DNA of 64,000 bases from Macrostomum lignano (Eukaryota), in NCBI GenBank assembly GCA_002269645.1, contig NIVC01000776.1, positions 127,333 to 191,332 of the forward strand. Direction: 5' to 3'. The position numbers were made by a program, and so were the translations under genes. Position 1 is the stretch's first letter. Each line of letters begins with the position of its first letter. Below, one piece after another: positions 51,813 to 64,000 of the stretch. The notes below the pieces were generated by a model. That model saw nothing but the letters and a program-made list of their open reading frames with translations. It was not told the origin of the DNA and did not search any database.

Positions 51813-53185
51813 GGCATTCTTTCATTTTACAATCTCTATTCCTAGGCACTTTTTTGTACAATCCCCATGTAAAAGACATAGTCAAAGAATAGAAACCAGA
51901 TGAAACAATATCCATGAGTCAAAGGCACTACATTAAGGGATTTTCAATTGATGTCTATTTGAAGTGGAGTTCAACCACAACAAGGCAATCAAACAAAGAC
52001 ACGACAAGATTCTTGGCAAGAGAGGGACGTATCTATATTCACTTTTGTTATATGATCATTTCAATGGAGGAAATGTATGCAAAGGGATCAGATAACAAAA
52101 CTTGGGCTTTTCATCAATTTCATAATACTATCCCCCAAGCCCAAGTCAAAAATTTGTTTGCAGGGGATTGTATATCAAAAATGAAATCAAGGTATCACAC
52201 TTAATGTTATAGATGAAGTAAAGATAGTTCATTCATTATCTAATAATTCCATGCCTAACCCTCCCTCAATTTCATTTTACGATCCCTTTATAGTACAGAC
52301 AACATTGTTTCACGCTATTGAGGATCATATAACAAAAGTAAGGAAGGTTTAAAAAAAGAAAAAGGAGGGATGCCAAAAAATCATGACTTACTTTTGTGGA
52401 ATCTCCATCAGGTAGCCTAGACAAGGGTTTAGACATGGTACACGATCCCCTGCAAACAAATTTTAAACTTGGGGCACTTGTATTACAAAATAGATGAAAA
52501 GCCCAAGTTTAATTATCCAATCCCTTTCCATACATTTCCTCTATTTGAATGATTGTATAACAATAGTGAATATAAAGACATCCCTACTCTTTTCAAGAAT
52601 TGTAGCTTACAATTAATTAGGGTAATTGTGCTTCAAATAGGGCTTATACTCCACTGATATGCAAACAAGGGTTCCTAGTCATTTTGTCATCTGCCATTTC
52701 ATCATCTGGGTGTCTGGGGTGCTCACTTTGACTATGGTCACTTCGCCATCTTAATTAACATACACTACCTAAAGAGAGTCATTTTGTCATCTACCAATCA
52801 TATTAGTTCCAACTTCAAGTGAATTATTGTGGCAATTAAATATATTTACTTGGAATCCTAATGATCCCAGTCATTTTGTCATCTCAATTAATAAAACCTG
52901 TCAATCAATCGGTTCTGCTTGCCACAGTTATTAAACAAAAAATAGTTTACACTAACTCAAATCACGCACAGATTGATTGGTTGATGACGAAGTATCCAGC
53001 ATAACTAAATATTTGGTCACTTCGTCATATTATTTTTCAAGCTACTTTGCTTCTGGTCACTTCAACATCCGATATCTGACCAGTGACGGCAAACAAGACT
53101 CCTATCTTTTACATAGGGGATTGTATAACAAAAGTGCCATGTTCTGTAGGATGAATGTAATGGGATTGTAAAACAAAAGAATGCC
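51813..53185. mobile_element. Non-autonomous foldback-like DNA element (GGCATTC-TIR family, copy B)
   Basis: TIR GGCATTCTTT(CA/TG)TTTTACAATC at both ends with a perfect 8-bp TSD AATATTTG (51805-51812 and 53186-53193). Second-level inverted arms at 51845-51885 / 53097-53138 and ~52022-52185 / ~52435-52590. Confidence 0.88.
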
Positions 53186-54879
53186 AATATTTGATATCTT
53201 AGTAGACCTATACCATGGCTATATGTCAATCTAAGGAAATAATTGTTTTAACCTATTGTATTTTTCTATCTAGGTCTATGCTAGGTATGCAGCAACAATT
53301 TAAATGTTATAAATAGTAGAAAAACGAATTATTAGTTAACTATTTACCAGCAAATGAAAAACTTATTATTTGCTTCTCTCTTAATAATCTTCTAATTTGG
53401 GTCTTTTATCTAATCTAAAGGCTAAAATTTGGTGAGCAAGATTTTCAACCCGAAATTAAATATTCAATACACTACAGTATGTGTACAAAGGAAATTAATT
53501 GAATGATTTTAAATGATGATAAATGCGCAATACTATATATAGTAGTAGAAGTATTAATTTATTATGGAATGGATTGGCGGATTGGGTAAGATTAGGATTT
53601 CCCTTTTGGGCTTTTGTCATTCTTGAATTGTGAATTTTTTGTTCAATAAAAGTAACAAAAATAATATTCAATATTAACAGTAATAATAATGAAATAATAA
53701 TATCTTACTGATATAGATAATAATAAGTGGAGCTGAGCTTAGAGCTTTAATATGGTTGCGCATGCACATGCACGCATGCAGGAGCTTTTTTGCAGAAAAA
53801 ATTAAATTAAAAAATTAAAAAATCTTAAGTAAAATTAACAAACGTTTTGTATGCTTAGTAAACATCTAAGTAACTAAGTGAAAACAACAAATGTGACATA
53901 AAATGAAAATTAGTTATTAGTTATGTTATTTATGTAGCCGTGGTTTTCTGCTCTTGAGAATGTACTGTATCCATAGATACGCGAAAATATGAAATATATA
54001 ATTTTTCTTATCTGGTCGATTTTAGACTTTTCATAGGTGTTCGCTGTATTAGTTGTTTTTCTAATACAACTTGCAGGAGTTTCAGAAATTTTTCATAGAG
54101 CTTTTTGGACTTGTATGATTCTTATGTAAATTATGGCGTCCATCATTTCCATCAGCATATTTTAGTTTCACCATCAGATAATGGACATTCGTACAGTTGC
54201 ATACAACTATATTTAGCTAAAGCTTTAACTTTGAAAGACCGTTAAATTGAAAGGATAATACTATATACGAAGCTTTGATACGAAGCAATACTATATATCG
54301 AAGCTTTTAAATCCTGAATTTTATTGTGCTTGAACTTTTGGAATAATTTGAAACATTATTTTGAGTGATGCTCAATAACACTGTTATTTTATTATCAACT
54401 GGAATATGAGCCTTTGTACCTTGATTATCTGGTATTATATTTATACTATTTAGTTAAAATATTTAATTATTATTCAGTATAATCAGTTTCACTAAGGAAA
54501 ACTAAGTAGTTGTAACAAACTGACTAGGAAAAAAGAATAATAAACTTACAAACTATTTTTGTCACATGCCTCTTATTTCTGAATACCATTATTTTGATTT
54601 CTAAAATTATTGCTGCCACTATTGATAACTGGTGATGCTGATTCCTAACTTTTCTAAGGTTTCCGCCTGATTTTCCCCTTTAGGTTCAGATTCTTATTTT
54701 CTGAAATGCACAACTCTCTCCTTTAGTGGTAGTTTTTCTGACAGAGAATAATCTCACAGAAAATTAATGTTTAGTAAGTTCATTTCTAAACGGGTGACAA
54801 AATGTGTAACAAGTCTCGATAAGTTGTCTACAATATTATATTTATTTGAGAGACAAAGAATCCTACCAACTTTCATGCA

Positions 54880-57800
54880 ATGTCCGAGGCGCAGAGTCAG
54901 AAAGGCTCGTCGAAGCCACAGACGCCCGCAACAGGGGCTGGCGACAAACAGCAGGACCTGGTGCCGCGAGAGTCCGACTTCACGGATAACAAGGCCTACC
55001 TGCTCACCGCTAGCAGCCAGAGTGGCATGAACTTGTAAGTTTTTTTACCGGGTTTCGAAATTTCTAAAGACAATTTACCAGGTAATACTCCGACTCTAAT
55101 TAACCAACAACTCCACCTGACCGAATTCAAGGTACGACCATCTCATCGTCTGCCTGAAAAAGATCCTCGAGGAGAAGCCCAGCAATGTAGTGGACATCTT
55201 CGAAGACATCAGCAAGGAGGGCAAACGGGCGAGGTTCGCCTCCAACGTGGACACGGTGCAGAACCAGTACGAGCGAACTACCGAGGTGGCCAAGGCCGAA
55301 GTGCAGCGGCATCTGTTTGAGGTGAGCACTGTAGCATACAGTTGCCTATCGGTGTACTTTCTAGCCAGGAGGAAATTAAAAAGCATTGAATTCCAAACCA
55401 ATGCATCTTCAGCCAACCCAGGGCGATGAAGATGAGGAAGAGATGGATTCGGCGCTGCCCAACCTGTGGCAGACCGCCTATCTGTTCGAGCAGGGAGGAG
55501 TCGGTAAGCGAAGGAAGCTCTCAGGAGATAAATTATGGGTTTTAGATCTTCCATAGCAACCGCTGGAGCTTTTGACAATTCAATGCTCTCCTGCAAACTC
55601 CCAAACTCAGGCCTGGACGCTGAGGAGACCTACCGCCTGTGGCTGGCTCTCAAAGAGCTGGAGAAGCAGCACAGCTTCGAGCAGCTGCGCTTCTGGGGCA
55701 AAATCCTCGGCACTGAGGGTGGCTATTACATCGCTGAGGGTCTGCTCAAGCAGGATGAGATAGACGCCATCGTCGAGGAGGAGGCGAAGGCCGCGGCAGC
55801 CACCGCCAGCAGTGCCGACGGCAGCAAGCCGGAACAAGCCGGGGCCGACTCCGCCGCTGACGCTGAAGCCGCTGGCGACGCCGACGAGGAGCCGCCGGAG
55901 GACCCGATCCCCAAGCCGGACTTCAAGACGCCGCCGGTGGTGCCACGCGAAGACGCCGGCTCCGGCGTCAACCGGTTTGTGTACTTTGTCTGCTCGGAGC
56001 CCGGCCGGCCCTGGACCCGCCTGCCCAGCGTGACCCCGGCGCAGATCCAGGCTGCCCGCAAGGTGAAGAAGTTCTTCACCGGCCGCCTTGACGCCCCTGT
56101 GGTCACCTACCCGCCGTTTCCCGGCAACGAGGCCAACTACCTGCGCGCTCAGGTCTGCCGGATCTCAGCCGGCACCATCATCTCGCCGCAGGTGAGTGCA
56201 ATGTTGTGCTAGCAAAATTTGGAACGAGTCAATGCTGTGGTCAAAGTTAAATCTCAAAGTTGTAAAACCATAAGAGAGCGTCTACTGACGAGTAGCGAGG
56301 AAAGAGAATTAAGCGATTCCCTTATAGCCAGCTGATGTAAGAAAAACTGTTGGGCACCGGGCAGTTTAATAGAACATTAACTGTTTCCCGGCGGGTCCTG
56401 GCTCAGAAGACCAGCTGACAGCGGGCTAGGAGCTCAGAAATGTTTACTTCAGGTAATCAGGCTTACCTGGTCTGGACTACCCTTCCCAAATGCTTACCCT
56501 CACCGAAACTGCAGGGCTTTTACATGTTCGACGAAGAGGAGGAAGAGGATGAGGAGGGCGGCGGCCGCGACAACTTCGTGGAGAACCCGGAGTTCGAGCC
56601 GATGCCGGTGCGGGAGCTCATCGACCCCAGCCTGTCCAGCTGGGTGCACCATGTGCAGCACGTCCTGCCGCAGGGCCGCACCCGCTGGTGGAATCCGGCG
56701 CAGAAGCGGGACGACGATTCCGTTGACGACGAGGATGAAGAGGAGAAGGAGGAGATGGACGAGCCGCAGCCGGAGGAGGGCCCACCGCTGCTGACGCCGC
56801 TGTCCGAGGACGCGGAGGTTGACGGCAACCAGCCGTGGACGGCGCGGCTCTCGTCGCAGCTGCTGCCGCAGTTCTCGGTTGCCGTCCTGTCCTCCAACCT
56901 GTGGCCGGGCGCGTACGCGGTGGCCCAAGGCAGGTGCGAGTCGCGGCGAGAGATGACTGGGGAGAAGAGAGAAAGGGGAGAATTAGGAACAGGAGAGGGG
57001 AGAATTAGGGACATGAGAGGGGAGAATTAGGGACATGAGAGGGGAGAATTAGGGACATGAGAGGGGAGGGACAGGAGAGGGGAGAATTAGGGACATGAGA
57101 GGGGAGAATTAGGGACATGAGAGGGGAGAATTAGGGACATGAGAGGGGAGGGACAGGAGAGGGGAGAATTAGGGACATGAGAGGGGAGAATTAGGGGCAT
57201 GAGAGGCGAGGGACATGAGAGGCGAGAGACAGGAGAGGGGAGAATTAGGGACATGAGAGGCTAGGGACAGGAGAGGGGAGAATTAGGGACATGAAAGGCG
57301 AGGGACAGGAGAGGGGAGAATTAGGGACATGAGACGGGAGAATTAGGGACATGAGAGGGGAGAATTAGGGACATGAGAGGCTAGGGACAGGAGAGGGGAG
57401 AATTAGGGACATGAAAGGCGAGGGACAGGAGAGGGGAGAATTAGGGACATGAGACGGGAGAATTAGGGACATGAGAGGGGAGAATAAGGGACATGAGAGG
57501 CTAGGGACAGGAGAGGGGAGAATTAGGGACATGAGAGGGGAGAATTAGGAACAGGAGAGGGGAGAATTAGGAACAGGAGAGGGGAGAATTAGGCACATGA
57601 GAGGGGAGAATTAGGGACATGAGACGGGAGAATTAGGGACATGAGAGGGGAGAATTAGGGACATGAGAGGCTAGGGACAGGAGAGGGGAGAATTAGGGAC
57701 ATGAAAGGCGAGGGACAGGAGAGGGGAGAATTAGGGACATGAGACGGGAGAATTAGGGACATGAGAGGGGAGAATAAGGGACATGAGAGGCTAGGGACAG

Positions 57801-59255
57801 GAGAGGGGAGAATTAGGGACATGAGAGGGGAGAATTAGGAACAGGAGAGGGGAGAATTAGGAACAGGAGAGGGAGAATTAGGCACATGAGAGGGGAGAAT
57901 TAGGAACAGGAGAGGGGAGAATTAGGAACAGGAGAGGGGAGAATTAGGAACAGGAGAGTGGCGAATTAGGGACAGGAGAGGGAAGAATTAGGGACAGGAG
58001 AGGGGAGAATTAGGGACAGGTGAGGGGAGAATTAGGGACAGGAGAGGGAAGAATTAGGGACAGGAGAGGGGAGAATTAGGGACAGGTGAGGGGAGAATTA
58101 GGGACAGGAGAGTGGCGAATTAGCGACAGGAGAGGGGAGAATTAGGGACAGGAGAGGGGAGAATTAGGGACAGGAGAGGGGAGAATTAGGAACAGGAGAG
58201 GGGAGAATTAGGAACAGGAGAGGGGAGAATTAGGAACAGGAGAGGGGAGAATTAGGAACAGGAGAGGGGAGAATTAGGAACAGGAGAGGGGAGAATTAGG
58301 AACATGAGAGGGGAGAATTAGGAACAGGAGAGTGGTGAATTAGGGACATGAAAGGGGAGAATTAGGAACAGGAGAGTGGTGAATTAGGGACATGAAAGGG
58401 GAGAATTAGGAACAGGAGAGGGGAGAATTAGGAACATGAGAGGGGAGAATTAGGAACAGGAGAGGGGAGAATTAGGGACAGGTGAGGGGAGAATTAGGAA
58501 CAGGAGAGGGTAGAATTAGGAACAGGAGAGGGGAGAATTAGGAACAGGAGAGGGGAGAATTAGGAACAGGAGAGGGGAGAATTAGGAACAGGAGAGGGGA
58601 GAATTAGGAACATGAGAGGGGAGAATTAGGAACATGAGAGGGGAGAATTAGGAACAGGAGAGTGGTGAATTAGGGACATGAAAGGGGAGAATTAGGAACA
58701 GGAGAGGAGAGAATTAGGAACATGAGAGGGGAGAATTAGGAACAGGAGAGGGGAGAATTAGGGACAGGTGAGGGGAGAATTAGGAACAGGAGAGGGTAGA
58801 ATTAGGAACATGAGAGGGGAGAATTAGGAACATGAGAGGCATTATTTTTGCAGCAGAACCAAGTAGCCTCTGTGACTAAATAAAAAGCGATCGCAGAAAG
58901 GGAAAATAAGAGAGAGAAGAAAGGGAGGCAGGGAAAAGGGAGAGAAGAGAAAGGAACCGGAAAGGCACAGGAGCTGAGAAGTGAGCCGGAGAAGTCGCAG
59001 CCCAGTCCCGCCCATGCCCGCAGTCTATTCGAGAACGTGTACATCGGCTGGGGCCACAAGTACGCCACCGAGAACTACAGCCCACCGCCGCCGCCGCCAG
59101 TGCTGCTGGAGTTCCCCAGCGGGCCGGAGATCACCGAGACGGAGGACCCGACGCCCGAGGAGGAGGCGGCGCTGAAGGCGGCCCTGGCCGAGGCCGAGGA
59201 GGGCGCCGAGGAGGGCGCGGGCGAGGAGGAGGAGGACGAGGAGGAGGACGACTGA
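54880..59255 (+). CDS. RSPH4A: Radial spoke head protein 4/6 homolog, 6 exons, 555 aa
   Basis: Exons 54880-55034, 55132-55321, 55413-55503, 55611-56191, 56515-56933, 59024-59255, with consistent phases. Motifs: [91 protein letters not shown] and an acidic tail. RSPH4A versus RSPH6A cannot be resolved. Confidence 0.95.
56965..58840. repeat. Purine-rich intronic minisatellite, ~20-22-bp unit (GAGAGGGGAGAATTAGG(G/A)ACA(T/G))
   Basis: A ~1.9-kb array filling the last RSPH4A intron. Confidence 0.95.
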
Positions 59256-60188
59256 GCAGGCGGCGTCCGACTGGCTGATTGCGCAACCGTGTCCTGCAAC
59301 TGCTCCCTGCTTTGTTTTCTATTTTTTGCGCGACATTTCCGTCTGTTTTTTTGTCTGTAGATTTCTGTGCTGCCGTTTGGCCTGCCGCTTCGAAGTGAAA
59401 CTTGGCGGTCAAATTTAAAATTGACTGGTTTAGACAGACTTGTTATACTAAGGTCAATATTGTATTGTTTGTTTGTAACACTATGATCTACCTTTGATGA
59501 CTTGTTTATGAAAGCTGTTACGAAAAAAATAATATTCAAAGGAATCTTTGGGAACTCGGATCGAAAGCTCCATTTTTAAAACAAAAAATACAGAGCCATG
59601 TGTTTCTGCTCAGCTACTCAGTTCAGTAGAGAATATAGAGTTTTCACAGTCTGGCCTCATTTGATGGCGGTGTGAACGAGCAACAAATTGGAAAACTTGC
59701 ATCACACTCCTCTAAACCCCAGCCCAGTCATTCTTCTCAGTATATGTCAGTTGATTGCAGTTTAAACGCTTGCGATCACTCGTAAAAGTCAGTAGTTGAT
59801 GTCGTGAAAAACTGAGATGATTGTCAAAGATTCGTTCATCATAACTGAAATTTTGTGATCACTCGAAAATTATGGCCTCATTTGATGGCGGTGTGAACGA
59901 GCAACGAACAAGCACGTTTGAGAAAACTATTTTGTGCTCTGAATTCAAAACCAGTGTACAGTCTGTATCAGAGTACAAAGGCAAGCGCTCTTGTTGATAT
60001 AACTGGTGCGAGCTAACAAAAAACCTAGCATATTAATTACACTTTTTGATCGTCTTTTTCCTGGTACTTCAATTGTCAGGGTGCTGAAGGTCGCGTATAG
60101 AACAGGATTTTCTTGGACCTTGTTTACCAGGGGTTCCAGCGGCAACCAACAGGCGCTGTTTTTTCACGCTTGCTCATTTCGCTTATGT

Positions 60189-60723
60189 TAGGGGTCGGCA
60201 AACTTTTTTACCCCAAGGGCCAGATAGAGAACCTTGAGCATGACTGCGGTTCGGAGGAAGGAGATGAGAGGGAATAAAAAAGAAAGGATATAGGAAAAGG
60301 GAGAGGTTAGGGAAGGAGCAAAGAGGAGACGATAGGAGAGAAGATGAATTAGGCTAGGAGAGTAGAAAAGAGAAGAGAGAGGGAGAGTAGGAAGAAGAGA
60401 GAAGAGGAGAGAGGAGAGGAGAGAGGAGAGGAGAGAGGAGAGGAGAGAGGAGAGGAGAGAGGAGAGGAGAGAGGAGAGAAGAGAGGAGAGGAGAGAGGAG
60501 AGGAGAGGAGAGGAGAGAGGAGAGGAGAGAGGAGAGGAGAGAGGAGAGAAGAGAGGAGAGGAGAGAGGAGAGGAGAGAGGAGAGGAGAGAGGAGAGAAGA
60601 AGAGAGGAGAAAATAGCGCTGAGAAGAGACAAACATCGAGCGGGCCGGATTGCTATTGTGCAGTTTAAAAGGACCGCGAGGGCCGGATGAAGAGGCTTTG
60701 CAGGCCGGAGTTGCCGACCCCTG
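60189..60723. mobile_element. hAT-type MITE with an internal GAGAG microsatellite
   Basis: Termini TAGGGGTCGGCAAAC ... GAGTTGCCGACCCCTG; 8-bp flanks GCTTATGT / GCTCATGT. Confidence 0.88.
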
Positions 60724-61198
60724 GCTCATGTGATGGAAAATAATAAAATAGTTAATAACCTGACTGGCGTGATGACCAATCAATTTTGAAGCGACAGTCA
60801 GACTAGACGGAGAGTTGTTAAAATAAAGAGGCTTGAGTTGAGTTTTGTGTGTTGCGCAACTTGGGGTGCTGTGTAAGAGGCAAGCGACCAATGTACAGCG
60901 TTTTAGTTGATCAACTGGCCCTTGCGTTGTTAAATTTTGTTGCTGAATTTGAAAATTTTCTTAAGTTAGTTGAGATTTAAAGTGATCACAGAAAAATTTA
61001 TAAATTTTTGTGGTCAAACGAGTCGTGTGATTTGGTCTCTCATTTGATTGCAGCGTGAATGAGCCTTAAATATTTAAAACTTATGCGAGACTTTAATAAA
61101 CATTTTCAGCCTTGCGGTCTTGTGTGCAGTTTAGCAGTCAACAGCAATGACAGCAGACGAGGCCTTCACCAGATTGGGCTCTGAACACTCATTCCCTG

Positions 61199-61747
61199 AT
61201 GGAATTTGTGTTCGGTATCTCAGAGATTGTCATGGGCTGCATTCACATGCGCAACTGCCCCGCCCAGGTTCGAATCCCCATCTACCTGCTGGTGGCTGGC
61301 ATCGTGGGAGTCTCCAGGTCGGTGGCTAACAGCGTCCGGTCGATGCAGATGCAGGAGGACAGCCGGCGGCAGCATGTGCAGGAAGTGGAGGTCTCGAGCT
61401 CGACCCCGCTGATCCAGAGGACGACGGAGACGCTGAGCTCGAGGCGGCTGTGGAAGCTGCTGACCCACCTGCTGGCGGTGTTCGCCCTGCTGTGGGTCAT
61501 CTGCGGCCTGGTGTGGACCTACGGAACGCAGCCGCAGTTCAACAACAGAACGGAGGCGAATTTCTGCCAGAAGGAGGTGTACAGCTTCGCCAAGGCTATG
61601 TCCGTAATCCGGACGATCATCCTGTGCGTTTATTTCAGCGTCACGTGCTTCTGCGTGGGTTTCCTGGCCGATTTCGGCTCGCGACGCGTCGATACTGGCG
61701 ATCGGATGCCCCTGCAGTCGCCTCCCCCCAGTTATCGGAGCGTTTAA
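61199..61747 (+). CDS. TMEM272-like multi-pass membrane protein, single exon, 182 aa
   Basis: CPAQVRIPIYLLVAG, then F.LLWVICGLVWTY..QPQF and FCQKEVYSFA, the pattern of the TMEM272 family; four hydrophobic segments; GC-rich codon usage. Confidence 0.75.
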   Translation: MEFVFGISEIVMGCIHMRNCPAQVRIPIYLLVAGIVGVSRSVANSVRSMQMQEDSRRQHVQEVEVSSSTPLIQRTTETLSSRRLWKLLTHLLAVFALLWVICGLVWTYGTQPQFNNRTEANFCQKEVYSFAKAMSVIRTIILCVYFSVTCFCVGFLADFGSRRVDTGDRMPLQSPPPSYRSV

Positions 61748-62036
61748 TTCGAGCAAACTATAAATACGAGCTATTTACACTGAGCTACATGTACATACGA
61801 TTTACGAGTCGTAACTATATTTACTCAACACGTACAACTGCGAATATTATATTTTTGCGGACAGCCTCTTCTTCGATTAAATGAATCTCTGTTTATTAAA
61901 AAACTTAAGTCCATGTTCAAGAGCTGCAGAGTACAGACCATAAAACCTTGCCTGCAGTATGACGCTGCGTTTGGCGCCTGTTTGACAGCTTCAGTGCGCC
62001 TTTTGTTTTTGTTATTGAAGCTTCTTTCCTCTGCAC

Positions 62037-62484
62037 AGGCACACTGTCATCCTACACCCTGATGCTTCAGGCACACTGTCACCCACACCCTGATGCTTCA
62101 GGCACACTGTCATCCTACACCCTGATGCTTCAGGCACACTGTCACCCCACACCCTGATGCTTCAGGCACACTGTCATCCTACACCCTGATGCTTCAGGCA
62201 CACTGTCACCCCACACCCTGATGCTTCAGGCACACTGTCATCCTACACCCTGATGCTTCAGGCACACTATCACCACACACCCTGATGCTTCAGGCACACT
62301 GTCACCCCACACCCTGATGCTTCAGGCACACTGTCACCCCACACCCTGATGCTTCAGGCACACTGTCACCCCACACCCTGATGCTTCAGGCACACTGTCA
62401 CCCCACACCCTGATGCTTCAGGCACACCGTCACCCCACACCCTGATGCTTCAGGCACACCGTCACCCCACACCCTGATGCTTCA
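62037..62484. repeat. Minisatellite, ~32-bp unit (GGCACACTGTCACCCCACACCCTGATGCTTCA)
   Basis: About 14 tandem copies downstream of the TMEM272-like gene. Confidence 0.95.
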
Positions 62485-63288
62485 TTCGGCACTTGGTGCT
62501 GGGTGAATTCTTGCAATCATAGTGGGGCTTAGTATCATTACAATTTAAAGATGCGTTTCAACTTCACAAGTATTACCAAACAATTCTCGGTTTAATCTAA
62601 CAAATACATTTTGGTAGCACAGTTTCACATTCAAATGCGAAAAAGAGTGGTAAAAGAAATCGCTTTCACTTGCAGCAGTTTCCCCGAGGCCCCTTTGTAC
62701 CAGCTGACGTCTCCGATCGCGTCACTGCTGGCCACGTCGGCAAAGCGGGGAGAGAATGGAGGGGAGCGCCACGCCACGTCTACAGCGCTCCTCGGTGTAT
62801 TGCATTTCTCTTCTTTAAGCGGGTAGGCCGCGAAGACAGTGTTGGGTTTCCTGAAAGCGGCAGTTTCAGGCCCGCTCGATGCCATGGCAAAAAAAAACGG
62901 TTTGCGTCCTGGCGCGGCAGGCCAGTCAACTTCGTCTTGCACTTGACGCAGGAAATTTTCTCCGCAACTTTCAACTTATTTTCAGACCGACTTGAACAGT
63001 CAGGGAGCCACGTGGCACGGGGGAACGCGCAGATGCCGCTCCCACGGATCACCCTAGGACTCAACAAGCCAGTCCACGTGGCAACTGCTCAACCCTAGAA
63101 GGTTCCTATCAGCGCCGCGAGTCCGCGGGCTGGGTTGCTTGCCGTGTCAAACGTGGCACAGCCCGACAGAAAAAGCATAAAAGGAAGCAGCCCGAAGCCG
63201 AGCGAGGCTCACTTCAAACCAACCAGGAGCTCAACTTTGCTCAGTCAGTTGCATTTCCTTCAACTATTTCCTGGAATCTACAGTCGCA

Positions 63289-64000
63289 ATGAAACTGCAG
63301 CTAGCCCTGTCTGTCTTCTGCTGCGCCTGCCTGTGTGGCGGCCTCGCAGGCCAGTGCGATGAATTCAAACTACACGGTCACCGAGGAGGTCTGGTTCGAG
63401 GTCCCGCGTCAAGGACATGGACGGCCCCGGCGAAGACTTCACTGGAAAGTGAGTACCCAGGTTAAATTAGAAATTCGAGAAAGAACTTCTAAATATTTAT
63501 CGCTTTCCAAATTATGGGACTTTCAGTTAGGATTCGCTGCCGTTTAGAAAAGGAGAGTTCCTCAGAAGTCTTTCCTCTCTAGAAGCTACAAAGCGTAATC
63601 ACATATTCTCGCTAAGAGAACTGGACTTCTGAGACGAATGTTTCCGTGTGATGCGTACGAGCTACTTCAGTTAGAAGTCCCTTTCACTGCAACACGCTGC
63701 TCATAAGCATAAGAATAAATAAATTTGACCTTTGCCGTGCACCCGAAGGTTCACCGTAGCCGTATTCGGCGAGGCCGCGCCGATGACCACAATGAACTTC
63801 GTGTCGCTTGCCCGGGGCTACAAGTTCCGCGGCGAGAATCTGCACTACAAGAACACGCCAGTGCACCGCGTGGTGCCCGACTTCGTCGTCCAGATGGGCG
63901 ACATCACCACCGGGGACGGCACCGGCGGCACCAGCATCTACGGTCCGCGATTCAACGACGAGCCCTTCATCCTGTCCCACCGGTCGCCCGGCTGGATCGC
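63289..64000 (+). CDS. Secretory-pathway cyclophilin-type peptidyl-prolyl isomerase (PPIB/PPIC/NinaA-like), 3' partial
   Basis: Exon 1 is 63289-63448 (signal peptide, NYTVTEEVWFEV, two apparent +1 frameshifts). Exon 2 runs from 63749 to the window end: FTVAVFGEAAPMTTMNF, HRVVPDFVVQMGDITTGDGTGGTSIYG..FNDE, SHRSPGW. Confidence 0.88.

Noticed and set aside
62611-63130. ORFs of 95-142 aa upstream of the cyclophilin
   Set aside because: No motifs, homology or splice structure; more likely promoter or repeat sequence.

Overview
This is eukaryotic animal DNA with GC-rich exons, AT-rich intergenic tracts and a different minisatellite in most introns. That style suggests a free-living flatworm such as Macrostomum, which is an inference only. 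Seven protein genes were built by hand from GT-AG sites, and exon phases are consistent apart from the frameshifts noted below: (1) a 22-exon full-length ABCA transporter (+, 6062-26947, one apparent 1-nt frameshift); (2) a DOT1L H3K79 methyltransferase (+, first exon or ATG not found); (3) an intron-containing Mutator (MULE)-transposase-derived gene with C2H2, WRKY/GCM1-like and SWIM fingers and a degenerate DDE triad (-); (4) UBA5 (-); (5) an RSPH4A/6A radial spoke head protein (+); (6) a TMEM272-like protein (+); and (7) a secreted-type cyclophilin (+, frameshifted, runs off the window). Mobile DNA comprises an RTE-type LINE with a 13-bp TSD, an RNase H-bearing LINE fragment, a decayed MULE transposase, two copies of a foldback family with 8-bp TSDs (one carrying a nested element with a 6-bp TSD), hAT and Tc1/mariner MITEs, a CORE-SINE and a second tRNA-SINE family. 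The strongest leads are the apparently domesticated MULE gene, two genes that may take their start codon from a trans-spliced leader, and the donor-proximal placement of intronic minisatellites. All assignments come from motif recognition and manual alignment; no database search was run.
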